IMG/VR virus record: IMGVR_UViG_3300036792_000267
Coordinates: 87,378-151,377 of that record
Origin: a virus
Length of the DNA: 64,000 nucleotides
Strand: one strand, 5' to 3'
In this document: in pieces, positions 55,215-63,540 of the stretch
Layout: the number at the start of each line of letters is the position of its first letter
Numbering within the stretch: position 1 is the first letter of the stretch
The notes under the pieces: model-generated
Database searches by the model: none
What the model was told of the DNA's origin: nothing
What the model saw: only the letters and a program-made list of their open reading frames with translations
Made by a program: the position numbers and the translations under genes

Positions 55215-55307
55215 CTTGACTCAAGTCAAGCCAACCAAGTACAATCAAAGGCAAGCGGGCTGGTCAGCAGGCCGGCCCGCTTTTCCTATGCGAAGGGCAG
55301 GCACACG
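55215..55307 (+). promoter_or_regulatory. Cassette promoter with terminator-like hairpin in leader
   Basis: CTTGACTCAAGTCAAG; 18-TACAAT; AAGCGGGCTGG/CCGGCCCGCTT+TT; GAAGGGCAGGCAC. Confidence 0.8.
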
Positions 55308-56552
55308 ATGTCGCTTACTGACGCGCTGGCTACTGAGCAGCCGGCAGGCGTCATAGCCAGGCGCACGCGCGTCGCGCCTGGCTACGGCAGTTACCCGGTC
55401 ATCGAGCGCCGCTGGTACTGGCGGGGATACGTCCCGGTCGGCTCGCCGGTGGTCATCGCCGCGAAAGGCGGGACAGGTAAAGGCTTCCTGCTGGCGCTCA
55501 TTGTCGCTTACCTGGTGCTCGGGCTCCCGTTCCCGGGTGACGACCAGGAGGCGCGGCGCGACCCGGTACGCGTCATCTGGATAACCGGGCCCGGCGAAGA
55601 TGACCCGTACGAAGACCTCGCGCCGCGCCTGCGCGCGGCCATCGCCTACGCGGTCCGTGCGTTCGGGCTAGACCCTGAGCTGGCAGGCGAGGGACCGCGC
55701 GGCGCTATCCACCTGGTGCACAACCTTTCGCGCTGGCTTGATGGCGGGCTGGTCACCATTCCTGCCGACTGCAAGCGGCTAACGCAGGTCGTTAACATGC
55801 TGAACCGCGAGGCGGAAGAGCAGGGCACGCCGCGCGTGGGCATGGTGGTTGCTGACTCGTTGTCAGCGTTGCTGAGCGACGGCTACTCGATCGACTACCG
55901 CCAGCGCGCGCGGCGCGTCATGGTGGAACTGTCAGAGTTTGCGCGCGCCGCGGATATCGCGCTCGCCATCCTGCATCACTTCACCAAGGACGGTAAGGTC
56001 GCCGGCTCGCCTGCGGTGCTTGACGCGCTGCGCGTGGTGCTGCGCATCGACCGGAGCGCGGAAGACGAGAGCGTTCGCGTCATTATGCAGGAGAAGAAAA
56101 ACGGCGCGGACGAAGACCCGCAACGGTACGTCATCACGGGTACCGGCCTGGCCGCGCATGCGGAGTTTGTCGCCGCAGCAGACGCGCGCGCGGAGCGTGT
56201 TGTCTCTGCGGAGCGTGCCGGCGTTACCAGCCTGGCACGCCCGCGCATGATGCCGGCGCTGCCCGCGGGGGAGGTTCCCGCGCTCGTGCCGGCCGACCCT
56301 GGCCCGTTCATAGTGCTGCGCGTGGTGCGCCGTGACCGCGAGACGGACCAGCAGTCACGGCTAGCGGGGGAGTTCGCCTCGCGCGAGGCTGCGCGCGCCG
56401 CGGTTACCGCGGACGCCGGCGCCGTGCTCACGTGGAAGCCTGCCCCCGGGCCTGGCTCGATGCACGTGGCCGCGTACGGGCACCCGGACGGGTCGCGGCG
56501 CGTGTACGCCATCCGCCAGGCGAGCGCGGGCGTGCCTTTCATCCCCAGTTAG
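55308..56552 (+). CDS. RecA-fold AAA (AAA_25/RepA-like) ATPase/helicase
   Basis: Walker A AKGGTGKG; MVVADSL; ILHHFTK...GS motif. Confidence 0.7.
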   Translation: MSLTDALATEQPAGVIARRTRVAPGYGSYPVIERRWYWRGYVPVGSPVVIAAKGGTGKGFLLALIVAYLVLGLPFPGDDQEARRDPVRVIWITGPGEDDPYEDLAPRLRAAIAYAVRAFGLDPELAGEGPRGAIHLVHNLSRWLDGGLVTIPADCKRLTQVVNMLNREAEEQGTPRVGMVVADSLSALLSDGYSIDYRQRARRVMVELSEFARAADIALAILHHFTKDGKVAGSPAVLDALRVVLRIDRSAEDESVRVIMQEKKNGADEDPQRYVITGTGLAAHAEFVAAADARAERVVSAERAGVTSLARPRMMPALPAGEVPALVPADPGPFIVLRVVRRDRETDQQSRLAGEFASREAARAAVTADAGAVLTWKPAPGPGSMHVAAYGHPDGSRRVYAIRQASAGVPFIPS

Positions 56553-56555
56553 AAA

Positions 56556-56657
56556 GTCACCCGTACGCGTGAGAATGCTCTTGACACGTACGGGTGACGT
56601 CTGGTTAACTGAAGTCAAGCAAGGGGACAGACCCCGGGCAGTCGAGAGGGCAGGCAC
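56556..56657 (+). promoter_or_regulatory. Inverted repeat + promoter/leader variant
   Basis: GTCACCCGTACG...CGTACGGGTGAC flanking TTGACA; AGGGCAGGCAC-ATG. Confidence 0.6.
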
Positions 56658-57788
56658 ATGAGCAAGGAATCGATGGAATGGCTCCGCTCCAACATCCGCG
56701 TAGGTTTCACGGGGTCGGACGGGCCGGCGTGGTGGGCGGCATCGGGCGAGTACATGACGGACGGCTCCCACTTTGACGGGCCCGTCCCGACGAAAGAGGT
56801 CGAGCGGCTGTTGTCGGTCGAGTTCGCGGAGGGAACCGTATTCAGCACGTACACCGTGGTCGACCACACTGAGGAGTGCAAGGCGGCCGACTGGGACCCC
56901 GCGGACGGCGACCCCTTCGAGTGCCCGTCGCACCGCGAGTCAACGCAGGACAAGACCCGCAAGACCATCATCACCCCGGACAACGGGGACATTCTCGGAA
57001 TCTTCAAGCTCGGTTACCAGGTGCACGACTACAAGAGGTGGACCGCAGACCAGATCGCGGCCATTCTCGACACCTCGCGCGGCGAGCTTGGCACCAAGTC
57101 AGTCGGACTGCTGAAGAACCGCGGTGTCGCGTTCATGCAAGCGCAGCTGACCGGCTCCGGCCTTGAGGTGGGCGGGTTCGAGTTCACCCCCTACATTCTC
57201 GCCGCGACCAGCGTTGACGGTTCGCTGTCGAGCACGTACGCAACCGGCGTGACCGCGGCGGTATGCGATAACACGCTCGCTGACGCGCTGCTCAACGCGG
57301 TTACCAGGCTCAAGGTGAAGCACTCGCGCAACAGCGCCGGCAAGCTCGCGGACGTCCGCGACAAGCTAGGGCTTGTCTACCAGGCCGGCGACAACTTCGC
57401 GCAGGCTGCGGCCGACCTGCAAAAGGTCGACGTGACGCCGGCTGACTTCCGCGCGCTGCTCGATGAAGTGGCCGCCGTTCCCGCTCCTGACCCCAAGTCG
57501 AGCACGGGCGGGGCCAAGTATACCAACGCGGTTAAGCTGCGCGAGACTTACGAAGCCATGTGGAACCATGACGCCAAGGTCAAGCCGTGGGCAGGCACCG
57601 CGTTCGGGTGGGTCCAGCTGTGCAACACCTACAACACGTGGAAGCGCAACGTGTCCGGCGCCGACGGCGGCCGGATGGAGCGCACCTACCTCAACATGGT
57701 GACCGGCGTCACTGCCAAGGAGGACGCGAACGCGCTTGACACCCTGGCCAAGGTGATGGGCGAGAGGCTTACCGCAGCACTCGCCTAG
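56658..57788 (+). CDS. DUF932-family phage/plasmid protein
   Basis: YILAATSVDGSLSS...AVCDNTL...KVKHSRNS...GTAFGWVQLCNTY. Confidence 0.75.
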   Translation: MSKESMEWLRSNIRVGFTGSDGPAWWAASGEYMTDGSHFDGPVPTKEVERLLSVEFAEGTVFSTYTVVDHTEECKAADWDPADGDPFECPSHRESTQDKTRKTIITPDNGDILGIFKLGYQVHDYKRWTADQIAAILDTSRGELGTKSVGLLKNRGVAFMQAQLTGSGLEVGGFEFTPYILAATSVDGSLSSTYATGVTAAVCDNTLADALLNAVTRLKVKHSRNSAGKLADVRDKLGLVYQAGDNFAQAAADLQKVDVTPADFRALLDEVAAVPAPDPKSSTGGAKYTNAVKLRETYEAMWNHDAKVKPWAGTAFGWVQLCNTYNTWKRNVSGADGGRMERTYLNMVTGVTAKEDANALDTLAKVMGERLTAALA

Positions 57789-57808
57789 CCGCCTCGCACA
57801 GGCACCGC

Positions 57809-57925
57809 AGCGCCCCCCGGATACCCTCCCGGGGGGCGCTTCGCTTTGCCAACTGTCTTGACTCCAGTTAAGCGCTCACCTATCGTGGTGAGCGTAAGCG
57901 CCAATCGAGCTAGGGCAGGCACACC
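57809..57925 (+). promoter_or_regulatory. Terminator hairpin + cassette promoter/leader
   Basis: AGCGCCCCCCGG/CCGGGGGGCGCT; CTTGACTCCAGTTAAG at 57857; 17-TATCGT; AGGGCAGGCAC. Confidence 0.85.
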
Positions 57926-58147
57926 ATGCAAGACATCGACGCAATAGCAACGCTCGCCAGTCTCCGCTACTCGCCGGACACGGCGCGGTCTATCCTGCGC
58001 GACGCGCAGCGCGCCGGCGCGGTAGTGCGGATGGGCATACGGGTCACCTACAGCGAGCGGGCAGGCTTCAAGGTGACGCGCGCCACGCGCGAGGCCAGCG
58101 CCGACCGCACGCGCCGCGGTGCGGCACGCTCGCGGGCGAGGCGGTAA
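57926..58147 (+). CDS. Hypothetical protein
   Basis: After leader motif. Confidence 0.55.
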   Translation: MQDIDAIATLASLRYSPDTARSILRDAQRAGAVVRMGIRVTYSERAGFKVTRATREASADRTRRGAARSRARR

Positions 58148-58153
58148 ACGGCC

Positions 58154-58369
58154 ATGACCTACCTTAACGGCGACGTGTACGCCGGCCCTACTGCCAGCGC
58201 GCCTCTCGACAAGTACGCCCATGATGACTGCCTGCCAGCTGACCAGCTTGAAACGGTCACGATGGGCAATGGCGACTCTCACGTGGCGCAGCGCTGGCCG
58301 TGGCACTGGCACCCATCGCCTACCGGCTTCACAAACCCGTGTTACGTGTGCGGGAAGCCTGTTACCTAG
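58154..58369 (+). CDS. Hypothetical protein
   Basis: Operon-contiguous, ends before hairpin. Confidence 0.5.
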   Translation: MTYLNGDVYAGPTASAPLDKYAHDDCLPADQLETVTMGNGDSHVAQRWPWHWHPSPTGFTNPCYVCGKPVT

Positions 58370-58380
58370 CCTCACCTGTC

Positions 58381-58489
58381 CAGCTAACCCGGTAGCCTCG
58401 CGCTACCGGGTTAGCTGTGTCTTGACTCAAGTCAAACCCTCACCTATGGTGGTGAGCGTAGCAACCCAACGATCTAGGGCAGGCACCCA
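58381..58489 (+). promoter_or_regulatory. Terminator hairpin + cassette promoter/leader
   Basis: CAGCTAACCCGGTAGC/GCTACCGGGTTAGCTG; CTTGACTCAAGTCAAA at 58421; 17-TATGGT; AGGGCAGGCAC. Confidence 0.85.
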
Positions 58490-58795
58490 ATGAGCTACGG
58501 CAGGAACTACCGCAAGCCGACCCAAGCCGCGCGCACCACTACCGGGCGAACCGCGCTGGTCACGCCGCGGCAGATGTCCGCACTCGGCAAGATGGCAGCT
58601 GAGCACGGGTTCACCAGCGGTTCGGCGCTACTGTGCGACGTCGCGTCATGTGACGTTGCCGAGCTTGGCCGCAAGAGCCGGCCGGTAGTGCAAATGTTCG
58701 TTGACCAGGCATTCGAGCGCTACGGTCGCAACGCGCAGCCTCGCGCTTCCCGCGGCCGGTGTGAAGATGCCCCGTGCTGCGGATGCTGTGAGTAG
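58490..58795 (+). CDS. Hypothetical protein ending in RGRCEDAPCCGC
   Basis: After leader; Cys-rich C-terminal motif. Confidence 0.65.
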   Translation: MSYGRNYRKPTQAARTTTGRTALVTPRQMSALGKMAAEHGFTSGSALLCDVASCDVAELGRKSRPVVQMFVDQAFERYGRNAQPRASRGRCEDAPCCGCCE

Positions 58796-58804
58796 GGGAA
58801 CGTC

Positions 58805-59137
58805 ATGAGCTACACAGACCGGGCAGGCATCGACTCCCGCGCAAACAGCGCGCTGTGCCGTATCGAGCTAATCCTTGCTGACCGCGCCACGGCGCCGGCA
58901 GTACGCCTCGCGCTCATTGCGGAGGTCATGGCGGGTGAGCCTATCCTCACTGACACAGGCTCACCCGCGGCGTTCACGGTCCGCGCAGAGCTTGCGCGCC
59001 ACCACCGTAACCGGGAATACGCTGACCAGCGTGCGCATGACGTCGCGTGGATGACTGCAGCGGAGCGCGCCGAGCATGACAGCGCCGGCGCCACCCTGCT
59101 GCGCGAGCTGCGCAACGCGCGCGGGATCGACGCGTGA
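58805..59137 (+). CDS. Hypothetical protein
   Basis: AGGGG SD. Confidence 0.55.
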   Translation: MSYTDRAGIDSRANSALCRIELILADRATAPAVRLALIAEVMAGEPILTDTGSPAAFTVRAELARHHRNREYADQRAHDVAWMTAAERAEHDSAGATLLRELRNARGIDA

Positions 59138-59141
59138 CGTC

Positions 59142-59357
59142 ATGAGCGGCTACACAGACGTTAAGGGCACTGTTCACCTGGTGAGCGTCGACCGCGCGCA
59201 CCATGACTACTGGACCGCGGCCGGCGAGCTAAAAGCCGCGTGCTCGTGCGGGTGGTGGGATCATCACTCTTACAGTGCCGGCGGAGAAGAGTTCGCGCGG
59301 ATGAAACTCCAGTTCCGCGCGACTGACCACGTTCCTGAGCTAGCCGCGCGAGCTTGA
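59142..59357 (+). CDS. Hypothetical protein
   Basis: CSCGW motif; ends in next palindrome. Confidence 0.5.
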   Translation: MSGYTDVKGTVHLVSVDRAHHDYWTAAGELKAACSCGWWDHHSYSAGGEEFARMKLQFRATDHVPELAARA

Positions 59358-59419
59358 CTCAAGTCAAACCCTCACCTATGGTGGCGAGCAAGGCAACCGA
59401 CTAGCGAGGCAGGCACCCA
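59353..59419 (+). promoter_or_regulatory. Cassette promoter/leader element
   Basis: CTTGACTCAAGTCAAA; 17-TATGGT; AGGCAACCGA; AGGCAGGCAC. Confidence 0.85.
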
Positions 59420-59751
59420 ATGAGCGACGCTTACTATCCCGCGGACGACATAGGCATGATGGCAGCAGGCCAGGCTGCGCTAGACCGCGAGCGCGCGAGC
59501 AAGCCGGCCGGCCCGTTCCCTGAGCGCGTGCTGACCGCGACGCGTGCGCGGCGAACGGGATCAAGTTCACGGAGCACGACGGGACCGCGCGCACGATGGC
59601 GGCCACGCGCGCCAACCACTGCGCGCAAGCGCGAGCCGGCTACTTCTACTGCGCGAGCACGCGCAACGACCCGTGCGGGACCATACCAGGCCAGCCGCAC
59701 GCTCACGTTTACTGCACTGCTGAGCAGTGCCTGGCGCCGCGCGAGGCGTAA
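59420..59751 (+). pseudogene. Hypothetical gene apparently frameshifted near 59525-59540
   Basis: Protein-like reading continues in another frame (ADRDACAANGIKFTEHD...CLAPREA*, TAA 59749-59751). Confidence 0.4.
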
Positions 59752-59840
59752 GCTGGCTCAATCGTGTGAAAACAGGTCCCAGGCCTTCATTGGTGAAAGA
59801 TGGATGCCTGGGACTTTTCACGTTCCCCTCGCCTGTACGC

Positions 59841-59923
59841 CTTGACTCCAGTCAAGCGACCGCCTATCGTGGCCACTGTGAGCGCGCACGGTGCGCGCCA
59901 CGTGTGACAACAGGGCAGGCACC
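59841..59923 (+). promoter_or_regulatory. Cassette promoter/leader element
   Basis: CTTGACTCCAGTCAAG; 17-TATCGT; CAGGGCAGGCAC. Confidence 0.85.
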
Positions 59924-60199
59924 ATGCAACCCCAGTTCCAGTCGCCAGACCATGAGCGTTCTTACCGGCTCGCTTGCAAGGCCGTTGCCTACGCGAGGCG
60001 CGAGACGTACCGCACCGTTGCCGCAGCGACCACGGCGGAACTGCGCGAGTGGGAGCGCGTCTACCGCGCGGAGGTACCCGGACCCGTTACCGGCGAGGCG
60101 CTAACTCACCTGCGCATGATGCGGGCAGTCGTCGCGCACCGTGCGCGCTCGCGCGCAGCGCAGCAGTTCCGCGCAGCCAGAAGGGCATCAAGGTCATGA
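59924..60199 (+). CDS. Hypothetical protein
   Basis: After leader motif. Confidence 0.6.
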   Translation: MQPQFQSPDHERSYRLACKAVAYARRETYRTVAAATTAELREWERVYRAEVPGPVTGEALTHLRMMRAVVAHRARSRAAQQFRAARRASRS

Positions 60200-60591
60200 G
60201 CGAGTCACAGCGTTACGCGAGAGTCCCCGCGGACATGACGCGCGCCGGGTGGTCCCGCACGTCTGAGCACGTGGCGACAGCGGGCAGCGTGCAAGGACGC
60301 GGCACGTCGCAAGCCGCAGCGCTGGCAGAGCTAGGCGAGGTGCTAACCGCCATGGCGACTCGCGCGCAGCAAGCGCCGGCGTTCTACTGGGACGCGGATA
60401 ACCAGGCCTTGCACGTGGCGGTACCGGACGCGGTCGCGGGTGACTACTCGGCTTACATCGTGGTCATCGCTGACGGCGAGGCGCGGTTGTCCACGTGCGT
60501 AACCGGAGGGAAGGGCGCCCCGGAGAACGCTTTCGAGCATGCGGTGGGCATGGAACGCGTGGTGACCGGCCGCCGTACGGGTAAGCCGTAG
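60196..60591 (+). CDS. Hypothetical protein
   Basis: ATGA coupling. Confidence 0.6.
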   Translation: MSESQRYARVPADMTRAGWSRTSEHVATAGSVQGRGTSQAAALAELGEVLTAMATRAQQAPAFYWDADNQALHVAVPDAVAGDYSAYIVVIADGEARLSTCVTGGKGAPENAFEHAVGMERVVTGRRTGKP

Positions 60592-60604
60592 CGCCTCGCA
60601 AGGC

Positions 60605-60639
60605 AAGCGCCCCCGGGAGACGTCTCCCGGGGGCGCTTT
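60605..60639 (+). terminator. Intrinsic terminator
   Basis: AAGCGCCCCCGGGAGA/TCTCCCGGGGGCGCTT followed by T. Confidence 0.7.
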
Positions 60640-60828
60640 CACGTCCGGCCTGGTGAGCGTGATGGGGTCCGGGGGTGATGGGCGTAACGCCACGTCTCGT
60701 ATCTGGAAGCGCCGGCGTAACCACGCGTGCAAGGCCTCAACGAGCCACGTACGAGCCCTAGCGCCCTTCCCCGCGTGCCAGCAGACGCCTAACTGCGCAG
60801 CGTGGCGCTCCGCCCCTTACGGGCACCA

Positions 60829-60896
60829 TTTGACTCAAGTCAAGCGCTGACCTATCGTGGCCAGTAAGCAACCGACTAGTACAGGGCAGGCACGCA
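60829..60896 (+). promoter_or_regulatory. Cassette promoter/leader element
   Basis: TTTGACTCAAGTCAAG; 17-TATCGT; GCAACCGA; CAGGGCAGGCAC. Confidence 0.85.
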
Positions 60897-61082
60897 ATGG
60901 AGTTCCGAAACAGGGAGACAGCTGCAGTCGTTGACTGTGCGAGGCGCGCGACACAGCGCGCGCTTGACCTGCTAGCGCAGGCTGACGGACTGGAGGCGCA
61001 CGCGTTCGCTAGCGCCGGCTCGCCATCGCGCGCAGCCATTGCCGCAACCATCAAGCACGTGCGCGAGGTGAGCAGGTCATGA
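60897..61082 (+). CDS. Hypothetical protein
   Basis: After leader motif. Confidence 0.55.
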   Translation: MEFRNRETAAVVDCARRATQRALDLLAQADGLEAHAFASAGSPSRAAIAATIKHVREVSRS

Positions 61083-61351
61083 CTGTTTACGCCATACATG
61101 CGCAGGTCATCACCCACGCCGGCAACTTCAGCGGTAGTCGCGGCGTGCCCACGTTCTACCTTGACTCGCGCGTACAGGGCATCATCTCCCGTGAGCACGC
61201 GGCCAGCATCGCGCGCGAGATTCTTAACCCGCTCGGCACCATTGACCCTGCTGACCTGCGCGTCAGTGCCGTACCTGTTGACCCTGCGCGCGAGAGCGCC
61301 GAGCTAGACGAGTTCGTTCGCGTGCGCCTCGCCGGCTTGACAGCCTGGTAG
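61079..61351 (+). CDS. Hypothetical phage protein
   Basis: GAGGTG SD; VPTFYLDSRVQGI. Confidence 0.6.
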   Translation: MTVYAIHAQVITHAGNFSGSRGVPTFYLDSRVQGIISREHAASIAREILNPLGTIDPADLRVSAVPVDPARESAELDEFVRVRLAGLTAW

Positions 61352-61363
61352 GCGCCTACCAGG

Positions 61364-61435
61364 CAAGCACCCTAGCGGCTATGCGCTAGGGTGCTTCCAC
61401 TTGTCTTGAGTCAAGCCATGCCCTACACTGAGGTC
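61364..61435 (+). promoter_or_regulatory. Hairpin + promoter (near-leaderless)
   Basis: AAGCACCCTAGCG/CGCTAGGGTGCTT; CTTGTCTTGAGTCAAG at 61400; 17-TACACT. Confidence 0.75.
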
Positions 61436-61822
61436 ATGATGAACGATGCGGTAGCCAAGGCAGTGAAAGCTTCTAACGCGGCGTGCGAGGCACAGCAGAC
61501 GCTAGGCGTACTCTCGCCGGAGGCCATGCGGCTAACCGGCCTCATAGCGCCGCTGGTGCGCGTGCTCGATGATGACGGGCACAAAGCCTATAACCGCGCC
61601 ATCCGCGCCTATGCCCGCAACCGCGCGGTTGCGGGCACCATTGAGGCGGTAGGCGGCCAGCCTGCGCAGTTCGGTTACGAGAGCGCGCTTGCCATGGCAG
61701 CGGACATGCGCAAGCGCTTCCCTGCCGTAGGCAAGGCTGCCAGGGTAGCCACGGGCACAACTACGAACTACCGCACGCCAGCGCTTGACGATGCGGTACT
61801 GGAGGCGCTGGCAGCGTTCTAG
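61436..61822 (+). CDS. Hypothetical protein
   Basis: ATG 6 nt after -10 box. Confidence 0.55.
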   Translation: MMNDAVAKAVKASNAACEAQQTLGVLSPEAMRLTGLIAPLVRVLDDDGHKAYNRAIRAYARNRAVAGTIEAVGGQPAQFGYESALAMAADMRKRFPAVGKAARVATGTTTNYRTPALDDAVLEALAAF

Positions 61823-61835
61823 CCTCGCTGCCAGG

Positions 61836-61932
61836 CAAGCGCCCTAGCGCATAGCCGCTAGGGCGCTTCCACTTGTCTTGAGTCAAGCCATGCCTTACAC
61901 TGGCCGTAGGCAACCGAACGAGAGGCAGGCCC
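61836..61932 (+). promoter_or_regulatory. Hairpin + cassette promoter/leader
   Basis: AAGCGCCCTAGCG/CGCTAGGGCGCTT; CTTGTCTTGAGTCAAG at 61872; 17-TACACT; AGGCAACCGA; AGGCAGGC. Confidence 0.8.
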
Positions 61933-62118
61933 ATGGCTGCGGAAGACACTTACATGACGCACATCGCCAACGCGCGCACCACCGATGACGCCATGCGCAT
62001 CATTGCGCAGGTCCCGCCTCGCGTGGTCAAGCTCATGTATGACCTGCAAGGATTCGACCCTGAGGGACACGGGCCGGCGTGGCTGCGGCGCGAGGTAGTG
62101 CGCGAGGCACGCTCATGA
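61933..62118 (+). CDS. Hypothetical protein
   Basis: After leader motif. Confidence 0.55.
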   Translation: MAAEDTYMTHIANARTTDDAMRIIAQVPPRVVKLMYDLQGFDPEGHGPAWLRREVVREARS

Positions 62119-62230
62119 CCAGCATCGAAGCACGTCAGCAGGCAATCCTGGCAGGGGAGGCAGTGCTAGCGCGTGCGCTGGCTGCAGAGCACGCGGACAT
62201 GTGCGCATGGGTGCCTGGCCACAGCGCGGC

Positions 62231-62307
62231 GTGCGCCCCCTGGTGGCGTTCACCAGGGGGCGCACTGCTGTCTTGACTCCAGTCAAGCCCATGGCTAGGG
62301 TGAGGTC
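62231..62307 (+). promoter_or_regulatory. Hairpin + promoter (near-leaderless)
   Basis: GTGCGCCCCCTGGTG/CACCAGGGGGCGCAC; CTTGACTCCAGTCAAG at 62272; 17-TAGGGT. Confidence 0.75.
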
Positions 62308-62484
62308 GTGAGCGACACCACGTACACACCAGAGCAGACGCGCGAGGCGCGCAGCTGGCTTGCTGACTGCGCATGGGCAGACGCCACGCCTGATGACATC
62401 ATGGCGATGCCTGAGAGCGTCATATGGCGCGCTGTGGCCAGGCACTGTGACGGGGGCGTGGCAGGGTTCCTCGCGCTCGGCTAG
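62308..62484 (+). CDS. Small hypothetical protein (58 aa)
   Basis: GTG 6 nt after -10; REARSWLADCAW...RHCDGGVAGF. Confidence 0.55.
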   Translation: MSDTTYTPEQTREARSWLADCAWADATPDDIMAMPESVIWRAVARHCDGGVAGFLALG

Positions 62485-62661
62485 CGTCGCTCTGCGCGCC
62501 GCCGCGGCCCCCCCGTTCGACATGCTGCCACCCCGCGCGCCGGCGGGGTCCCGTCGTCCGGGTCCCATCGGTGAAGGTTGGAGGCTCGCCTCCGCGCCGG
62601 CTAAGTGTGTGTCCGCCCCCGCGCCGGAGAAACAAATGCCCGCGGGTCCCATCCAGCCTGC

Positions 62662-62745
62662 AAAATATAACTCTCTGTATACCAAAGTCTCACTTCCCCA
62701 CCGGCGGGATAAAAGATTTCGTAACCGTCCGTGAAAAACCGCCGG
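62662..62745 (+). repeat. AT-rich imperfect direct repeat, copy 1
   Basis: AAATATAACTCTCTGTA...CCCACCGGCGGGA...TTCG...TCCGTGAAAAACCGCCGG. Confidence 0.65.
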
Positions 62746-62761
62746 TGCCGTAGTACCTGGC

Positions 62762-63463
62762 ATGGGAGAAGTAATCCGGTTGCTCGACCTGGGGTGCTCG
62801 GCCGGGGGCACGTCGATGGGCTACTGGCTCGCCGGGCAGGACTCGGCTGCTCGCGGGGGCCCGTCAGTCGAGGTGACCGGGGTGGACATCGCGCCGCAGC
62901 CCCGTTACCCGTACCCCTTCAAGTTCATCCAGGGCGACGCCACGACCGTTGAGCTGGACGGGTACGACGTCTACGCCTCCTCGATGCCGTGCCACGACCA
63001 CACGCCCCTGAAGTCGGTGGCCGGGCTGGACGGCACCGGCTGGCTGCTAGGGGCGGTTCGCGAGCGCCTGGCGGCCACCGGCAAGCCCTACGTCATCGAG
63101 AACGTGCCCGGTGCCCCCATGCTGCCCGACCTGCGGCTGTGCGGCTGCATGCAGGACCCGCCGCTGCGGACTTACCGGCTGCGCTGGTTCGAGTTCAGCC
63201 CTCACCTGACGGGTCGCGTCCCGGCGCTGCCGCACCGCGACCACAGCGCGAGGACGGCGACCTCCCGGCGCCGTGAGCGGTGGGAGCAGGGCTGGCACGT
63301 GTCCATCACCGGCGACGTGGGCACGTACCTCGGGCCGCAGGCGATGGGCATCGACTGGATGACCGGCAACGAGCTGAGCCTGGCCGTGCCGCCCGCCTAC
63401 ACCAGGTACGTCGGGCGGTACCTCATCGAAGCCTGCCAGCGCGTGAAATATGACGCTCTGTAG
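62762..63463 (+). CDS. DNA (cytosine-5) methyltransferase, actinophage type
   Basis: LLDLGCSAGGTSMGY, GVDI, SMPC (motif IV), VIENV (motif VI), RxR. Confidence 0.8.
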   Translation: MGEVIRLLDLGCSAGGTSMGYWLAGQDSAARGGPSVEVTGVDIAPQPRYPYPFKFIQGDATTVELDGYDVYASSMPCHDHTPLKSVAGLDGTGWLLGAVRERLAATGKPYVIENVPGAPMLPDLRLCGCMQDPPLRTYRLRWFEFSPHLTGRVPALPHRDHSARTATSRRRERWEQGWHVSITGDVGTYLGPQAMGIDWMTGNELSLAVPPAYTRYVGRYLIEACQRVKYDAL

Positions 63464-63540
63464 AGCTTTCAAGATCATTCTTACCTTCGCCCACCGGCCG
63501 GAGACCAAGGTTCGCTACGCTCCGTGAAAAAAGCCGCCGG
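63447..63540 (+). repeat. AT-rich imperfect direct repeat, copy 2
   Basis: AAATATGACGCTCTGTA...CCCACCGGCCGGA...TTCG...TCCGTGAAAAAAGCCGCCGG. Confidence 0.65.

Noticed and set aside
26638-62287. CRISPR array or integron attC sites as the explanation for the repeated palindrome
   Set aside because: Copies are 0.15-3.5 kb apart, separated by genes, and embed -35/-10 promoter geometry; there is no cas or integron integrase gene in the window
30232-62287. HspR HAIR operator (CTTGAGT-N7-ACTCAAG)
   Set aside because: Shares sub-words, but the dyad spacing differs (CTTGAC-N4-GTCAAG)
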